57,063 bases of DNA from Chitinophagales bacterium (lineage in GTDB: Bacteria > Bacteroidota > Bacteroidia > Chitinophagales > Saprospiraceae): positions 1 to 57,063 of the forward strand of contig JBBRWA010000001.1 of assembly GCA_038246345.1 (NCBI GenBank). The letters are read 5' to 3'. Below the pieces are notes generated by a model. The model was not told where the DNA came from, did no database searches, and saw nothing but the letters and a program-made list of their open reading frames with translations. The first letter of the stretch is position 1. Each line of letters begins with the position of its first letter. The translations under genes were made by a program, and so were the position numbers. Of this stretch, positions 1-8,749 are shown piece by piece.

Positions 1-581
1 ATGCCGTACGTGGCCAAGGCGCGTTCCACGCCTCCGAGGTCGATACCCCGCAGATCGCCGGGCATGTTGAGGGCCAGGTTCGGATCAGTGGGGTCGAGGT
101 ATCGCGCAAAAACGCGCATACCACCGGAATAAGGTTGCCCCGATTCTGTGGTGATGCCATTGGCTGGAAAGACCAGTTTCACACCACCCGGCACTTCTAC
201 CAAGCCGCCCGTAGCCGCATTGATGGCAGCTGTTTGCGTCTTTTTAAGCAGTTGGATGGTGATATTTTGGAAAGAGTTGTTTTCCACGTAGTAGGCTCGA
301 CTGAACTCGAAATAACCAATCTTGGTCACAAAAAGCTTGGCGTCATTGGCCGCGATACGCAAGTCTTTGAGCCGGAAAACACCATTTTCATCGGTGCGAA
401 CGACAGCACCCCCTGCGCGCACCTGCGCATCGGATATTGCCTCGCCATTTTCATCGATGACACGACCTGCGAAGGCAACTTCGGCCATCGGTTCGGGGTA
501 AAAAAGTTTGTCTTTGAGACAGGCGGAAAAAAGGATGACGGTTAAAAAGGATAGAAGGAAGGACAGTTTAATTTTTGACAT
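1..581 (-). CDS. lipoprotein with carboxypeptidase-regulatory-like domain, partial (3' end outside window)
   Basis: Not in the ORF track because it runs off the window. Reverse complement from ATG at 581 reads MSKIKLSFLLSFLTVILFSAC (lipobox) ...AFAGRVIDENGEAISDAQVR...TKIGYFEFSR...RYLDPTDPNLALNMPGDLRGI. By eye it is about half identical to the 734..1771 product. The + ORF 135..545 is its antisense shadow. Confidence 0.65.
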   Translation of the reverse strand, partial: MSKIKLSFLLSFLTVILFSACLKDKLFYPEPMAEVAFAGRVIDENGEAISDAQVRAGGAVVRTDENGVFRLKDLRIAANDAKLFVTKIGYFEFSRAYYVENNSFQNITIQLLKKTQTAAINAATGGLVEVPGGVKLVFPANGITTESGQPYSGGMRVFARYLDPTDPNLALNMPGDLRGIDLGGVERALATYG

Positions 582-733
582 AAAAGGCGACGTTTAAACG
601 GTTAATGCTCCCCGAATGGGGAACCAAAATCGCTTGAAAAACGTCGCCTTGAAAGAAAACAACATGAATGCTACACCAATTGGTGTAGAATCCGGGTTTA
701 CACCCCGAATGTTTTACATGGTTTACCCTTAGT

Positions 734-1771
734 TTAGTAATCGCGGATCACGCGGTAGCTGCCGGAAATCGTGTGCGCATTGCCATAAATATCTTTAAAA
801 CTCGTGCCAAAGGTGCCGATGATTGGATCGCCAACAACAGCGGGAGCAGTGGTTACCTTTGTGCTTAGGTTACTGTTGGCAAAATCAATCTCGAAAGTAT
901 CGATACGCATCCCATCAATCGCAAAGGTGCCGGGTTGGTTGTTGCTATTAAAACTTATGAAAGTCCCAAATGAGGTTGGCTCCAAGGCCGAAATTTGGGT
1001 ATAAAAACCGCCGTTGGGCATAGAATCCGACTCAATACCACACCCGGGATCCACTTTTGTAAAAAATTGGCCGTCAAGGGTGTATTGGATAAATTCGCTC
1101 AGGCCATTACATACTTGAATGTCACCGGCATCCAGGTTGTTATTTTGAATGTTAAAGGTCTGTGCTTGGCTTTCCAATTCTACGGCCATCATGCCAAATG
1201 TGGACAAAATTTGAGCGGCACCCTCCGCATTGATGCCCCGCAAATCGCCCGGCATTTTATACGCTAACTCGGGGTCGCTGGGATCGAGGTAGCGGGCGTA
1301 AACCCGGACTGTTCCAGTATATGCGCTGCCCGTTTTGTCGGCAATTGCATTGGCTGGGAAACTAAGTCTTGCGCCATTGACCAGGTTGATATTACCCCCG
1401 GCACTGGCGTTTATAGTACCTGCCTGTTGCTTTTTGAGCAGTTGAATCGTTAGGTTCAGGATGGCGTTGTTTTGCACGATATGCGCTCGACTGAAATCGA
1501 AATAGCCGATTTTATTGACGAACACAATGGCATTGTCCGCATCTACCCGGACAGGCTTGAGGCGAAAAACGCCATTTTTGTCCGTAGAAGCGCTTTCTCC
1601 TTCCACGCGCACTTGCGCGCCCTGGATGGCTTGGCCATTCTCGTCCAAGATACGGCCCGCGAAAGTGACCGTGGCTTGTGGCCCTGATGAATTTAGGTTG
1701 TCTTTGTTACAGGCAATGTAAAGGCCACTGCAAAGCAGCAGCAAGGCGAAAAGCAATTTTGGCTTGTACAT
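734..1771 (-). CDS. lipoprotein with carboxypeptidase-regulatory-like domain (paralog of 1..581)
   Basis: ORF 734..1813. I prefer the internal ATG at 1771, giving MYKPKLLFALLLLCSGLYIAC (signal plus lipobox Cys). The FAGRILDENGQAIQGAQVRVEG...TDKNGVFRL pattern is typical of CarboxypepD_reg. Confidence 0.7.
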   Translation of the reverse strand: MYKPKLLFALLLLCSGLYIACNKDNLNSSGPQATVTFAGRILDENGQAIQGAQVRVEGESASTDKNGVFRLKPVRVDADNAIVFVNKIGYFDFSRAHIVQNNAILNLTIQLLKKQQAGTINASAGGNINLVNGARLSFPANAIADKTGSAYTGTVRVYARYLDPSDPELAYKMPGDLRGINAEGAAQILSTFGMMAVELESQAQTFNIQNNNLDAGDIQVCNGLSEFIQYTLDGQFFTKVDPGCGIESDSMPNGGFYTQISALEPTSFGTFISFNSNNQPGTFAIDGMRIDTFEIDFANSNLSTKVTTAPAVVGDPIIGTFGTSFKDIYGNAHTISGSYRVIRDY

Positions 1772-1908
1772 AACGAAAGTAGTTTTTGTGAATAATGAAT
1801 GGTCTGTCAACATACTACCCGTAGCATTGTCACCAAAGGTTGGGTAGAAGGGGCTAACTTTGCGATAAAAGGAATTGGACAGCCATAAATTGTTACAAAA
1901 ACCGCATC

Positions 1909-2718
1909 ATGCAACAAGAAGACCTTGCTCAACTCACCCAGCGCGCCTGCAAAGCAGTGGAAGAAACCGCCACTTTCATCCAACAAGAAGCTGGTAAAGT
2001 GCAAAGCGGCCAAATAGAAGAAAAATTCCTCAACGGCTTGGTCAGTTATGTAGACCGCACTGCGGAGGAAATGCTCGTGGAGCGGCTCTCGGCCATCCTT
2101 CCGGGGGCAACCTTCATCACGGAAGAAGAAACCGTGGCACAAGGCAGCAGCGACCTGCAATGGATCATTGACCCGCTGGACGGCACCACCAATTTTTTGT
2201 ACAATGTGCCGCAGTATTCCATCAGTGTCGGCTTAAAAGCAGGCGATGAACTCGTGCTCGGCATCGTACACCATGTGCCCGCCAAGGAGCTTTTTTATGC
2301 CTGGAAAGGCGGCGGTGCCTGGTGCAATGGCCAGCCCATACGCGTAAGCAACCGCAGCAACATGCGGCAAGCATTGGTCGCGACGGGATTTCCTTACTAC
2401 GATTTTGAGCGTTCCGAAGCCTGGTTCGCAGCCATAAAAGTATTTATGGAACAAAGTCGCGGCATTCGGCGCTTCGGCTCGGCTGCGCTGGATCTGGCCT
2501 GGGTGGCCTGTGGCAGGTTCGATGTGTTTTTTGAATACGGCCTCAACGCCTGGGATGTTGCGGCAGGGGCGGTACTGGTTCGGGAGGCTGGCGGGCAGGT
2601 ATGTGATTTCTCTGGCGGAGATGATTTTATTGACAAAAGGGAGCTGTTTGCTGCCAATGCTGGGGTTTTTGAGGCTGCGATGGGGATTGTGAAAAAGGCG
2701 TTTGGTAAAACCTCGTAG
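1909..2718 (+). CDS. suhB: inositol monophosphatase family protein (SuhB-like)
   Basis: 269-aa ORF with IMPase motifs WIIDPLDGTTNF, ATGFPY and GSAALDLAWVACGRFD. Confidence 0.85.
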   Translation: MQQEDLAQLTQRACKAVEETATFIQQEAGKVQSGQIEEKFLNGLVSYVDRTAEEMLVERLSAILPGATFITEEETVAQGSSDLQWIIDPLDGTTNFLYNVPQYSISVGLKAGDELVLGIVHHVPAKELFYAWKGGGAWCNGQPIRVSNRSNMRQALVATGFPYYDFERSEAWFAAIKVFMEQSRGIRRFGSAALDLAWVACGRFDVFFEYGLNAWDVAAGAVLVREAGGQVCDFSGGDDFIDKRELFAANAGVFEAAMGIVKKAFGKTS

Positions 2719-2798
2719 GTCTTAAACCTCAGAACCCCCTACCCTAAAAGCGCCGCTTTTAGGGTAGGGGGTTCTGAGGTTTAAGACCTACGAGGTTT
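2708..2798. repeat. perfect 91-nt palindrome (45-bp arms, 1-nt centre at 2753)
   Basis: aaacctcgtaggtcttaaacctcagaaccccctaccctaaaagcg / c / exact reverse complement. The left arm contains the last 11 nt of the suhB-like CDS, including its TAG at 2716-2718. Confidence 0.9.
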
Positions 2799-2875
2799 CT
2801 GGCTCTCCTACCCAGCCTTTTTGAAAATTCAACTGTCTTATCGGCACTGCCCTTTCACCGAAAAAATAAATTGAC

Positions 2876-3775
2876 ATGAAAAAACTACTCCTACTTTCCT
2901 TGTTTATCGCCGCTGTCGCCGCGCCTGCACACACACAAAACTGGTTTTCCGCCGAGCACCGTTGGGTGTTCAACCTCAGCGGCGGATTCGGCGGATTCGA
3001 TCAGGATTTTGAAATGGTTGCCGAAGCAGACACCATGATTCAAGGCCACCCCGCCCGGAAATGGGTGTTTAATTTCAGTGGATTCCTATATATTGAACCA
3101 AAATTCACCTACAGCGATGGGCCCCGTGCATATTCCTTTGCCACAGGCCTTGATTCATTTGTCAAAATTTACGATTTCTCCCTATCTGTTGGCGACCAGG
3201 TCAAAATCCCCAATGGATGGAGCACTTTTACCTATAAAATTGAGTCTATTGACCAAGTACAAGCGGGGAACCTGACGCTCAAGCGTCAGCGGGTACGCTA
3301 CATCGACCCTGATGGTACCCCTACCGACTGGAAATTTGACGTCCTGGAAAATGCCGGGATGATCGGCCAGGCACTTGATGTGAGCTACCCTACATGCTCC
3401 TTCGTGCTGATTCCAGATTACGCATGTGGCAGCGTCGTGGATGGTTTTGACATCAAATTCCTTTGTTTTTCAACACCAACGGGCAGTTTTAATCCTTTTA
3501 ACGGCTCCTGTTCGGTGGTAGCAACAAACGACCCGGAAACCAGTGATTTCAACATAGCGCCAAACCCGGCATCTGATTACTTCGAAATCTTGGGGAACAA
3601 TAACGGCGATGCCCTCCAGTCGGTGGTATTGATGGGTGCTAGTGGGAAAGCGATGCGGCACTGGGAAGAAGGCCAGGTTCGTTACTCTTTGCGAAACCTG
3701 CCTGCGGGTGTTTATTTTGTGGAAGTACGGTTTCGTAACGGCGCGCGGGCGACAAAAAAGATCATGAAGCAATAG
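2876..3775 (+). CDS. secreted hypothetical protein with T9SS type-A C-terminal sorting domain
   Basis: Signal peptide MKKLLLLSLFIAAVAAPAHTQ. C-terminus NIAPNPASDYFEIL...LPAGVYFVEVRFRNGARATKKIMKQ fits the Por_Secre_tail pattern. Confidence 0.75.
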   Translation: MKKLLLLSLFIAAVAAPAHTQNWFSAEHRWVFNLSGGFGGFDQDFEMVAEADTMIQGHPARKWVFNFSGFLYIEPKFTYSDGPRAYSFATGLDSFVKIYDFSLSVGDQVKIPNGWSTFTYKIESIDQVQAGNLTLKRQRVRYIDPDGTPTDWKFDVLENAGMIGQALDVSYPTCSFVLIPDYACGSVVDGFDIKFLCFSTPTGSFNPFNGSCSVVATNDPETSDFNIAPNPASDYFEILGNNNGDALQSVVLMGASGKAMRHWEEGQVRYSLRNLPAGVYFVEVRFRNGARATKKIMKQ

Positions 3776-3844
3776 CACAAATAGATGCCGCAGAAAACGG
3801 TGGTTGCTTTGCCGCCATCGGATCGGTACAATCTGTGTAAGATA

Positions 3845-3911
3845 CCGTTCCGATGGAACGGGCGCAACATGCCCGGGCATTTGCTACAAAGGTAGCGTCC
3901 CGATGGGACGC
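3845..3911. repeat. family F double-hairpin repeat, copy 1
   Basis: ccgttcc-gat-ggaacgg (3845-3861), atgcccgggcat palindrome (3869-3880), ctacaaaggta, then gcgtccc-gat-gggacgc (3895-3911). The second copy is at 45596..45648. Confidence 0.75.
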
Positions 3912-3923
3912 GTTGGGTAGCCA

Positions 3924-4040
3924 CTTTCAGGTCTCAAGGTTTCAGGTTTACGCGATTGGTTCGTGACTTTGAAACTCAATTTCAAAAATGACGATAAATC
4001 GAGTAAACCAGAAACCATGAAACCTGAAACCGTGAAACCC
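3924..4040. repeat. family E palindromic element with GGTTTCA/TGAAACC heptad arms
   Basis: Left arm ctttcaggtctcaaggtttcaggtttac (3924-3951). Right arm gtaaaccagaaaccatgaaacctgaaaccgtgaaaccc (4003-4040). The unique core is about 50 nt. Confidence 0.7.
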
Positions 4041-4046
4041 TCCTTT

Positions 4047-4844
4047 TCATCCATTCGTTTTGATGTGCTCTCCCAACTCCTCCCCAATCAAACGATGCCC
4101 TTCATCCAACCAAAAAACGCGGACATTGGGCAAACCTTCGTACAGTTTTTTCAAGGTTTTTTGTCGCAGCATTGGGTCGCTTAAGCCAATATACACATCG
4201 GCAGGCAACTTGCTATCGCCCAAAATGCGCTGGATGATGTGTCGGCTCAGGTAAAAGGAACGCATGGCCAGCCAACAGCCGAAGGTGCGCCGGAAACGCT
4301 CCGGGCGGTTGAGGTTGTTGGTCAGGAAATGGTGGATCATGGGGGGCGCTACCCCGATTTTTTTGCCAAAATTCAAGAGTGCAATAAACCATCCCGGTTT
4401 TTGCAAAATGCGGTAGAGTAGTTTACGCACCCACATAGGTGTATGCGCGGCCATGCTCATGCCTTTGGTTTTTACGCCGTCGGGCGAGAGCAGGTACAGT
4501 TTGTTCAATTGGCCAATGAGGTCGGGCAGCATAGCCTGTGCCAGTCGGGCACCAAAACTGAAGCCCATCAAGCTGAAACGCTCCTTGCCATTTTCGGCCA
4601 AAACATGGTGAATGATTTCGAGCAGGTCTTCTTTTGAAAACAGGTTGGATTCCCAGGTCGTTTGCCCGTGAAAAGGCCAATCGACTGCCACAACTGTGTA
4701 TTTTTCGGACAAAGCAGGTTCCAACACGGCGAACATCCGGGCGCGATCGCTAAAGCCGTGCAGCGCAATCAGTAGCTCCGGGCCTGTGCCAAAATGGAGA
4801 CAATGGATGTCGCCCTTTGGTAATTTTATGAAAGAAGATTGCAT
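4047..4844 (-). CDS. alpha/beta hydrolase
   Basis: 265-aa ORF with LIALHGFSD (oxyanion region) and nucleophile elbow GFSFG. Confidence 0.8.
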   Translation of the reverse strand: MQSSFIKLPKGDIHCLHFGTGPELLIALHGFSDRARMFAVLEPALSEKYTVVAVDWPFHGQTTWESNLFSKEDLLEIIHHVLAENGKERFSLMGFSFGARLAQAMLPDLIGQLNKLYLLSPDGVKTKGMSMAAHTPMWVRKLLYRILQKPGWFIALLNFGKKIGVAPPMIHHFLTNNLNRPERFRRTFGCWLAMRSFYLSRHIIQRILGDSKLPADVYIGLSDPMLRQKTLKKLYEGLPNVRVFWLDEGHRLIGEELGEHIKTNG

Positions 4845-5026
4845 CGCAGAATGATTGGTTTAGCGTTTTTTAAAAGTCGGATTGTTTTGCAAAAATGGAA
4901 AAGTTCTGCGGGTTCTTATATCAATTGCACAATCAAAGGTCAACTTGACAATAAAAAAGGCCTAATTCAATCATTGATAGAGCGCATTACTTGATTTGAA
5001 CTTATTTTGCTTCAAAAATATCTGAC

Positions 5027-6310
5027 ATGAAAATATTGAAACTTATGCTTTGCTGCGCTATGCTGAGCAACCAGACATTTGCCCAAAACTGGACTACCTT
5101 GAATATTCCGAATGCCGGACGCTACGACGACTTGTTTTTCCTAAACGATTCTGTCGCCTGGGCCTGCAATAGCCAAGGGCAATCGTACAAAACGACCAAC
5201 AGCGGCCAATCATGGGTCAATTACCCGGTGTTTCCGGGCGACTATCTGCGCAGCATTAAATTTATGGATGCCGACACGGGTTTCTGTGGCGGGCTGGATA
5301 ATGGAAGTTATTTGTTCAGGTCCACCAACGGGGGACAAACCTGGACAAACATCACCAATAAAATTCCCGGCTTGTCGGGCGGTATTTGCGGACTATCTTG
5401 TCCGGGGGGAAAGGTTATATATGGCAGCGGTTATTTTGGCTCTCCGGCACATATTATAAAAAGTATCGATGGCGGCATTTCCTGGCAAAAGATAAACATG
5501 TCTGCTCAGGTATTATCTTTGGTCGATATCTTATTCACCAGCCAGGATACAGGCTGGGTAAGCGGAAGAGCCCTTCAGGATGGCGGCGGTGTTATTTTAC
5601 ATACTACTGATGGAGGCTCCAGTTGGCAAACAGTACACGATACTGGCATTCACGGCGATTACGTCTGGAAAATTCAGCGCTTGGATGCACAAAACTGGTT
5701 CGCTTCTGTTGAAAGGGATAACACCATTGGAGCCCAAACCAATATCCTTAAAAGCACCGATGGCGGTATTTCCTGGCAAACAATTTTAGTCAGCAACAGC
5801 TACCATAGGATCCAGGCGATAGGATTTGTTACCCCGCAGCATGGATGGGCAGGAGACACCAGACTTTTTGAAACAACCAACGGCGGCCAGTCCTGGCAGG
5901 ACATCAACCCTGGTTTGGGTATTGGCTACGCATTTAACCGCTTTGTGCGAATAAGTGACAAAAAAGCCTTTTTAACGGGGGGTAGGGTGTATCAATTCAA
6001 TGCCCCTTCAAGTGCTGCAGTAGATCCAATACCACCGGATGCCAACCATGACTTCCATGGCTTAACGGTATCACCCAACCCGACCAGCGACAAGGTTCAA
6101 ATCTCCATCACCTTGCGGCAAAAGACCCATGTAATTCTAAAAGTTTACGCCTTCAATGGCGGCTATGAGGAATTGCTTTGGACGGGAGAGCATGCCGAGG
6201 GCGACTATCTCTTGCAAGCAAGTCTTGCACACCAGCCAGCAGGCAACTATGTCGTGTATTTGAAAACAAACCACGGCACACAAACCCGGATGGTAACTTT
6301 GATACGGTAG
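5027..6310 (+). CDS. BNR/Asp-box repeat beta-propeller protein (Ycf48-like) with T9SS type-A sorting domain
   Basis: Signal peptide. Repeated S/TxDGGxSW boxes (STNGGQTW, SIDGGISW, TTDGGSSW, STDGGISW, TTNGGQSW). C-terminus LTVSPNPTSDKVQISI...GNYVVYLKT. Confidence 0.8.
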   Translation: MKILKLMLCCAMLSNQTFAQNWTTLNIPNAGRYDDLFFLNDSVAWACNSQGQSYKTTNSGQSWVNYPVFPGDYLRSIKFMDADTGFCGGLDNGSYLFRSTNGGQTWTNITNKIPGLSGGICGLSCPGGKVIYGSGYFGSPAHIIKSIDGGISWQKINMSAQVLSLVDILFTSQDTGWVSGRALQDGGGVILHTTDGGSSWQTVHDTGIHGDYVWKIQRLDAQNWFASVERDNTIGAQTNILKSTDGGISWQTILVSNSYHRIQAIGFVTPQHGWAGDTRLFETTNGGQSWQDINPGLGIGYAFNRFVRISDKKAFLTGGRVYQFNAPSSAAVDPIPPDANHDFHGLTVSPNPTSDKVQISITLRQKTHVILKVYAFNGGYEELLWTGEHAEGDYLLQASLAHQPAGNYVVYLKTNHGTQTRMVTLIR

Positions 6311-6511
6311 ACGGTAGACGGTAGACGGTGGACGGTGGGCGTTGGACGGTGGGCGGTTTGCACGGCGGTGTTTTTAGGCTTGGCATTTGTGTTTCAGCAC
6401 CCTTGATGTATCAAATTGATCGTTGGCTAAAGGCGCTGAAACACAAATGCTATTAGGTATTGAAATGTTGGGCCCCGTCCACCGTCTACCGTCTACCGTC
6501 TACCGTCTACC
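6306..6511. repeat. family A heptad-armed palindromic element, copy A1
   Basis: Left arm is 7 heptads (ggtagac x3, ggtggac, ggtgggc, gttggac, ggtgggc). Then ggtttgcac... inner gtgtttcagc/gctgaaacac pair. Right arm is gtccacc plus gtctacc x4. Confidence 0.9.
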
Positions 6512-6515
6512 GTTT

Positions 6516-7604
6516 CTACACCTCTTCCGGCCCTTCCCCAACCCAGTCCTGCTGCACCGCATTGTCTTCACAGTGCTCCAGCAATTGCTCGTCTATAAAC
6601 GCCCGCACTTCGTGTACGATATTGCCGGGGTAAAGTAAGTGCACATTTGGGCCAGCATCCAAAGTGAAATACACCGGATTGCCCGTATCGTGGCGGTATT
6701 GCCGTACTTTTTCAATGATGGCCAAAGAGCCAGGGCGCATAAGCGTGTAAGAAGGGTTGCTGGCCATCATCAGGGCGTGCAGGGTCAGGGCTTCGTCTTC
6801 CGCGATTTTACCAAACGCTTCAACGTCTCCAGCCCGCAACACATCCAGCAGTTTGCCGAGTCGCGCCCGCGCCTGGGCGTAGCGCGGCTCGGAAAATGGG
6901 TTGCCGTCCATCAGTTCATGGCCAGCACGGCTGCTAACAGCCTTTTCTTCTCGACTGACCAACAGAATATCATCGTGAAAATCTTTGAAGGTTTCGTGCA
7001 GCAGGTGATCCACCGGGATGGCAAATTCGTTGCTGCTGCCTTCCAACTGCAACGTTTCGCCCCACACTGCCGCTTGCGGGAAAATGGAGCGACAAGCTGA
7101 ACCACTGCCCAAACGCGCCAGATAAGAGGCTTTTTTATCATAAGCTGCCGGATCTTTCAAGGTTCCAAAAAGCTCGTCTTCCAGCGAGCACAGACACAAG
7201 GCCAGGGCCGACATGCTGGAGGCTGATGAAGCAATGCCCGCCGAATGGGGAAAGGAATTGCCGGATTGAACCGACAATTTCAGTTGTTTCAAAAATGGAT
7301 AAATGGGCAACAAGCTTTGCAAATATTCGAGGATTTTAGCGCAAAAAGCTTCGTTTTCTTGTTGGTGAAATAAAAATTCAAGCTCGATCTGCCCGTCGGG
7401 TTGGCCTTCTCTGAATTCATAATTGAGCATGGTATCTGTGAAGGACGCGGAAAGCGTCAAGCTCAGGGAAGGATTTCTAGGTAATTGAATGCCGTATTTG
7501 CCCCAATATTTAATGATGGCGATGTTGCTGGGGGAGCGCCAAGTGATGCTTCCGGCTTCAGGGATGTTGGATGAGTCGATGATAAGACGTGAATTCTCGT
7601 ACAT
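6516..7604 (-). CDS. mvaD: diphosphomevalonate (mevalonate diphosphate) decarboxylase
   Basis: 362-aa ORF with hallmark NIAIIKYWGK, GHMP-kinase-like SAGIASSASSMSALA, and RLGSGSACRS. Confidence 0.85.
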   Translation of the reverse strand: MYENSRLIIDSSNIPEAGSITWRSPSNIAIIKYWGKYGIQLPRNPSLSLTLSASFTDTMLNYEFREGQPDGQIELEFLFHQQENEAFCAKILEYLQSLLPIYPFLKQLKLSVQSGNSFPHSAGIASSASSMSALALCLCSLEDELFGTLKDPAAYDKKASYLARLGSGSACRSIFPQAAVWGETLQLEGSSNEFAIPVDHLLHETFKDFHDDILLVSREEKAVSSRAGHELMDGNPFSEPRYAQARARLGKLLDVLRAGDVEAFGKIAEDEALTLHALMMASNPSYTLMRPGSLAIIEKVRQYRHDTGNPVYFTLDAGPNVHLLYPGNIVHEVRAFIDEQLLEHCEDNAVQQDWVGEGPEEV

Positions 7605-7776
7605 GCAGCATTTTTCGTTTAAGGGCGGTGGCCCGTCGAATGATTGTTTGTCGCAAACGGTTGATAGTTGGACAAGTAATTACTAACAAAACAATGATTC
7701 CTTTGCATTTAAACAGGAATCTGGGGCAAAGAACGGCATCTTGCACAAAACTAGTGGGTGAATTGCCTGACTATTC

Positions 7777-7784
7777 TAATTTTG
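7777..7784 (+). promoter_or_regulatory. candidate Bacteroidota -7 box (TAnnTTTG)
   Basis: TAATTTTG lies 41 nt upstream of the ATG at 7825. This is a motif match only. Confidence 0.35.
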
Positions 7785-7824
7785 CAACAAAGTATCCCGC
7801 AAACAAAACCTAAACCAATCAAAA

Positions 7825-8649
7825 ATGTGGCAAAGAATCCGGCGCTTGGGCGTTGAACTATATGCGTTTTTTACAACGCCTTTCGTGCTCAAAAACTGCC
7901 TGAGCATGCTGGGCTTAATGGCGGGCATACTCATGCTTACCTTTTGGTGGCTTAAGTGCTACACCAACCACGGCGATAGCGTGCAGGTGCCGAGCTACGT
8001 GGGCATGAGCTTCCGGGAAGCTGCCCGAAAAGCCCGCTCCCGCGACTTTGGGGTTGCCGTAAGCGACTCACTCTATGTACCGGGAAAACCGCCAGGCGAA
8101 ATCGTATCGCAAGACCCAAAGGCCGAAAGCCGGGTAAAAGAAGGGCGTACGATATATTTTACCGTAACCAAAAACAACCCCGACATCATCAAGCTCCCTG
8201 ATTTGGCGGGCAGCGACGACTATGAACTATACAGCCGAAAATTGAGCCGTTTGGGATTAAAACCACGCATTGTAGCGCGTGTCCCCGATCCGAAACTCGG
8301 ACCAAATGTCATCGTGGATGTAATGTATCACGGCGATACCATTACTCGAAAAATTCGATACGGAGTTCCGGTTGAAATGGGTTCCACCATTGATTTTATT
8401 GTGAGTGAGGAGGTTACGCTCACCGTCAACATCCCCGAATGTATCGGACAAACACTGGATGCGGCCAAATTTTTGATCCAAACCAGCGAACTAAATGTCG
8501 GCACCGTCATTCCCGATGGCACCGTTACCAAAGACGACCTCAATGCCTACGTGTACCGCCAGAGCCCGAAGTATGATGCGAACGGCACCATGCGCAAAGG
8601 GGAACAAATTGACCTTTATATCACGGCTGAAAAGCCCCCAAATAATTAA
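7825..8649 (+). CDS. PASTA domain-containing membrane protein
   Basis: N-terminal TM helix followed by three PASTA-like units (VPSYVGMSFREAARKA..., LPDLAGSDDYELYSRKLSRLGL..., IPECIGQTLDAAKFLI...). Confidence 0.75.
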   Translation: MWQRIRRLGVELYAFFTTPFVLKNCLSMLGLMAGILMLTFWWLKCYTNHGDSVQVPSYVGMSFREAARKARSRDFGVAVSDSLYVPGKPPGEIVSQDPKAESRVKEGRTIYFTVTKNNPDIIKLPDLAGSDDYELYSRKLSRLGLKPRIVARVPDPKLGPNVIVDVMYHGDTITRKIRYGVPVEMGSTIDFIVSEEVTLTVNIPECIGQTLDAAKFLIQTSELNVGTVIPDGTVTKDDLNAYVYRQSPKYDANGTMRKGEQIDLYITAEKPPNN

Positions 8650-8683
8650 TTTGACAATTTGACAATTTGACAATTTGACAATT
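8648..8683. repeat. tandem octamer array (AATTTGAC x4.5)
   Basis: aatttgac repeated four times plus aatt. It begins inside the TAA stop of the PASTA gene (8647-8649). Confidence 0.9.
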
Positions 8684-8749
8684 ATTAAGGATTTGTGATA
8701 AGCTGGGACCTTTTTCTTCCCGGACAAAATAAGGTCGCCAGCTCCCAAG

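Noticed and set aside
135-545. 136-aa + strand ORF at the window start
   Set aside because: The opposite strand encodes a clear paralog of the neighbouring lipoprotein, with a signal peptide and lipobox. The + ORF has no recognisable features and is an antisense shadow.
6153-6638. ORFs encoding PSTVYRLPSTV-type peptides (6153..6386 -, 6423..6638 +, and also 17803..17994 + and 28572..28787 -)
   Set aside because: These are translations of the stop-free outward reading of family A heptad arms. They overlap well-supported genes or pure repeat DNA, so they are artefacts of repeat composition.
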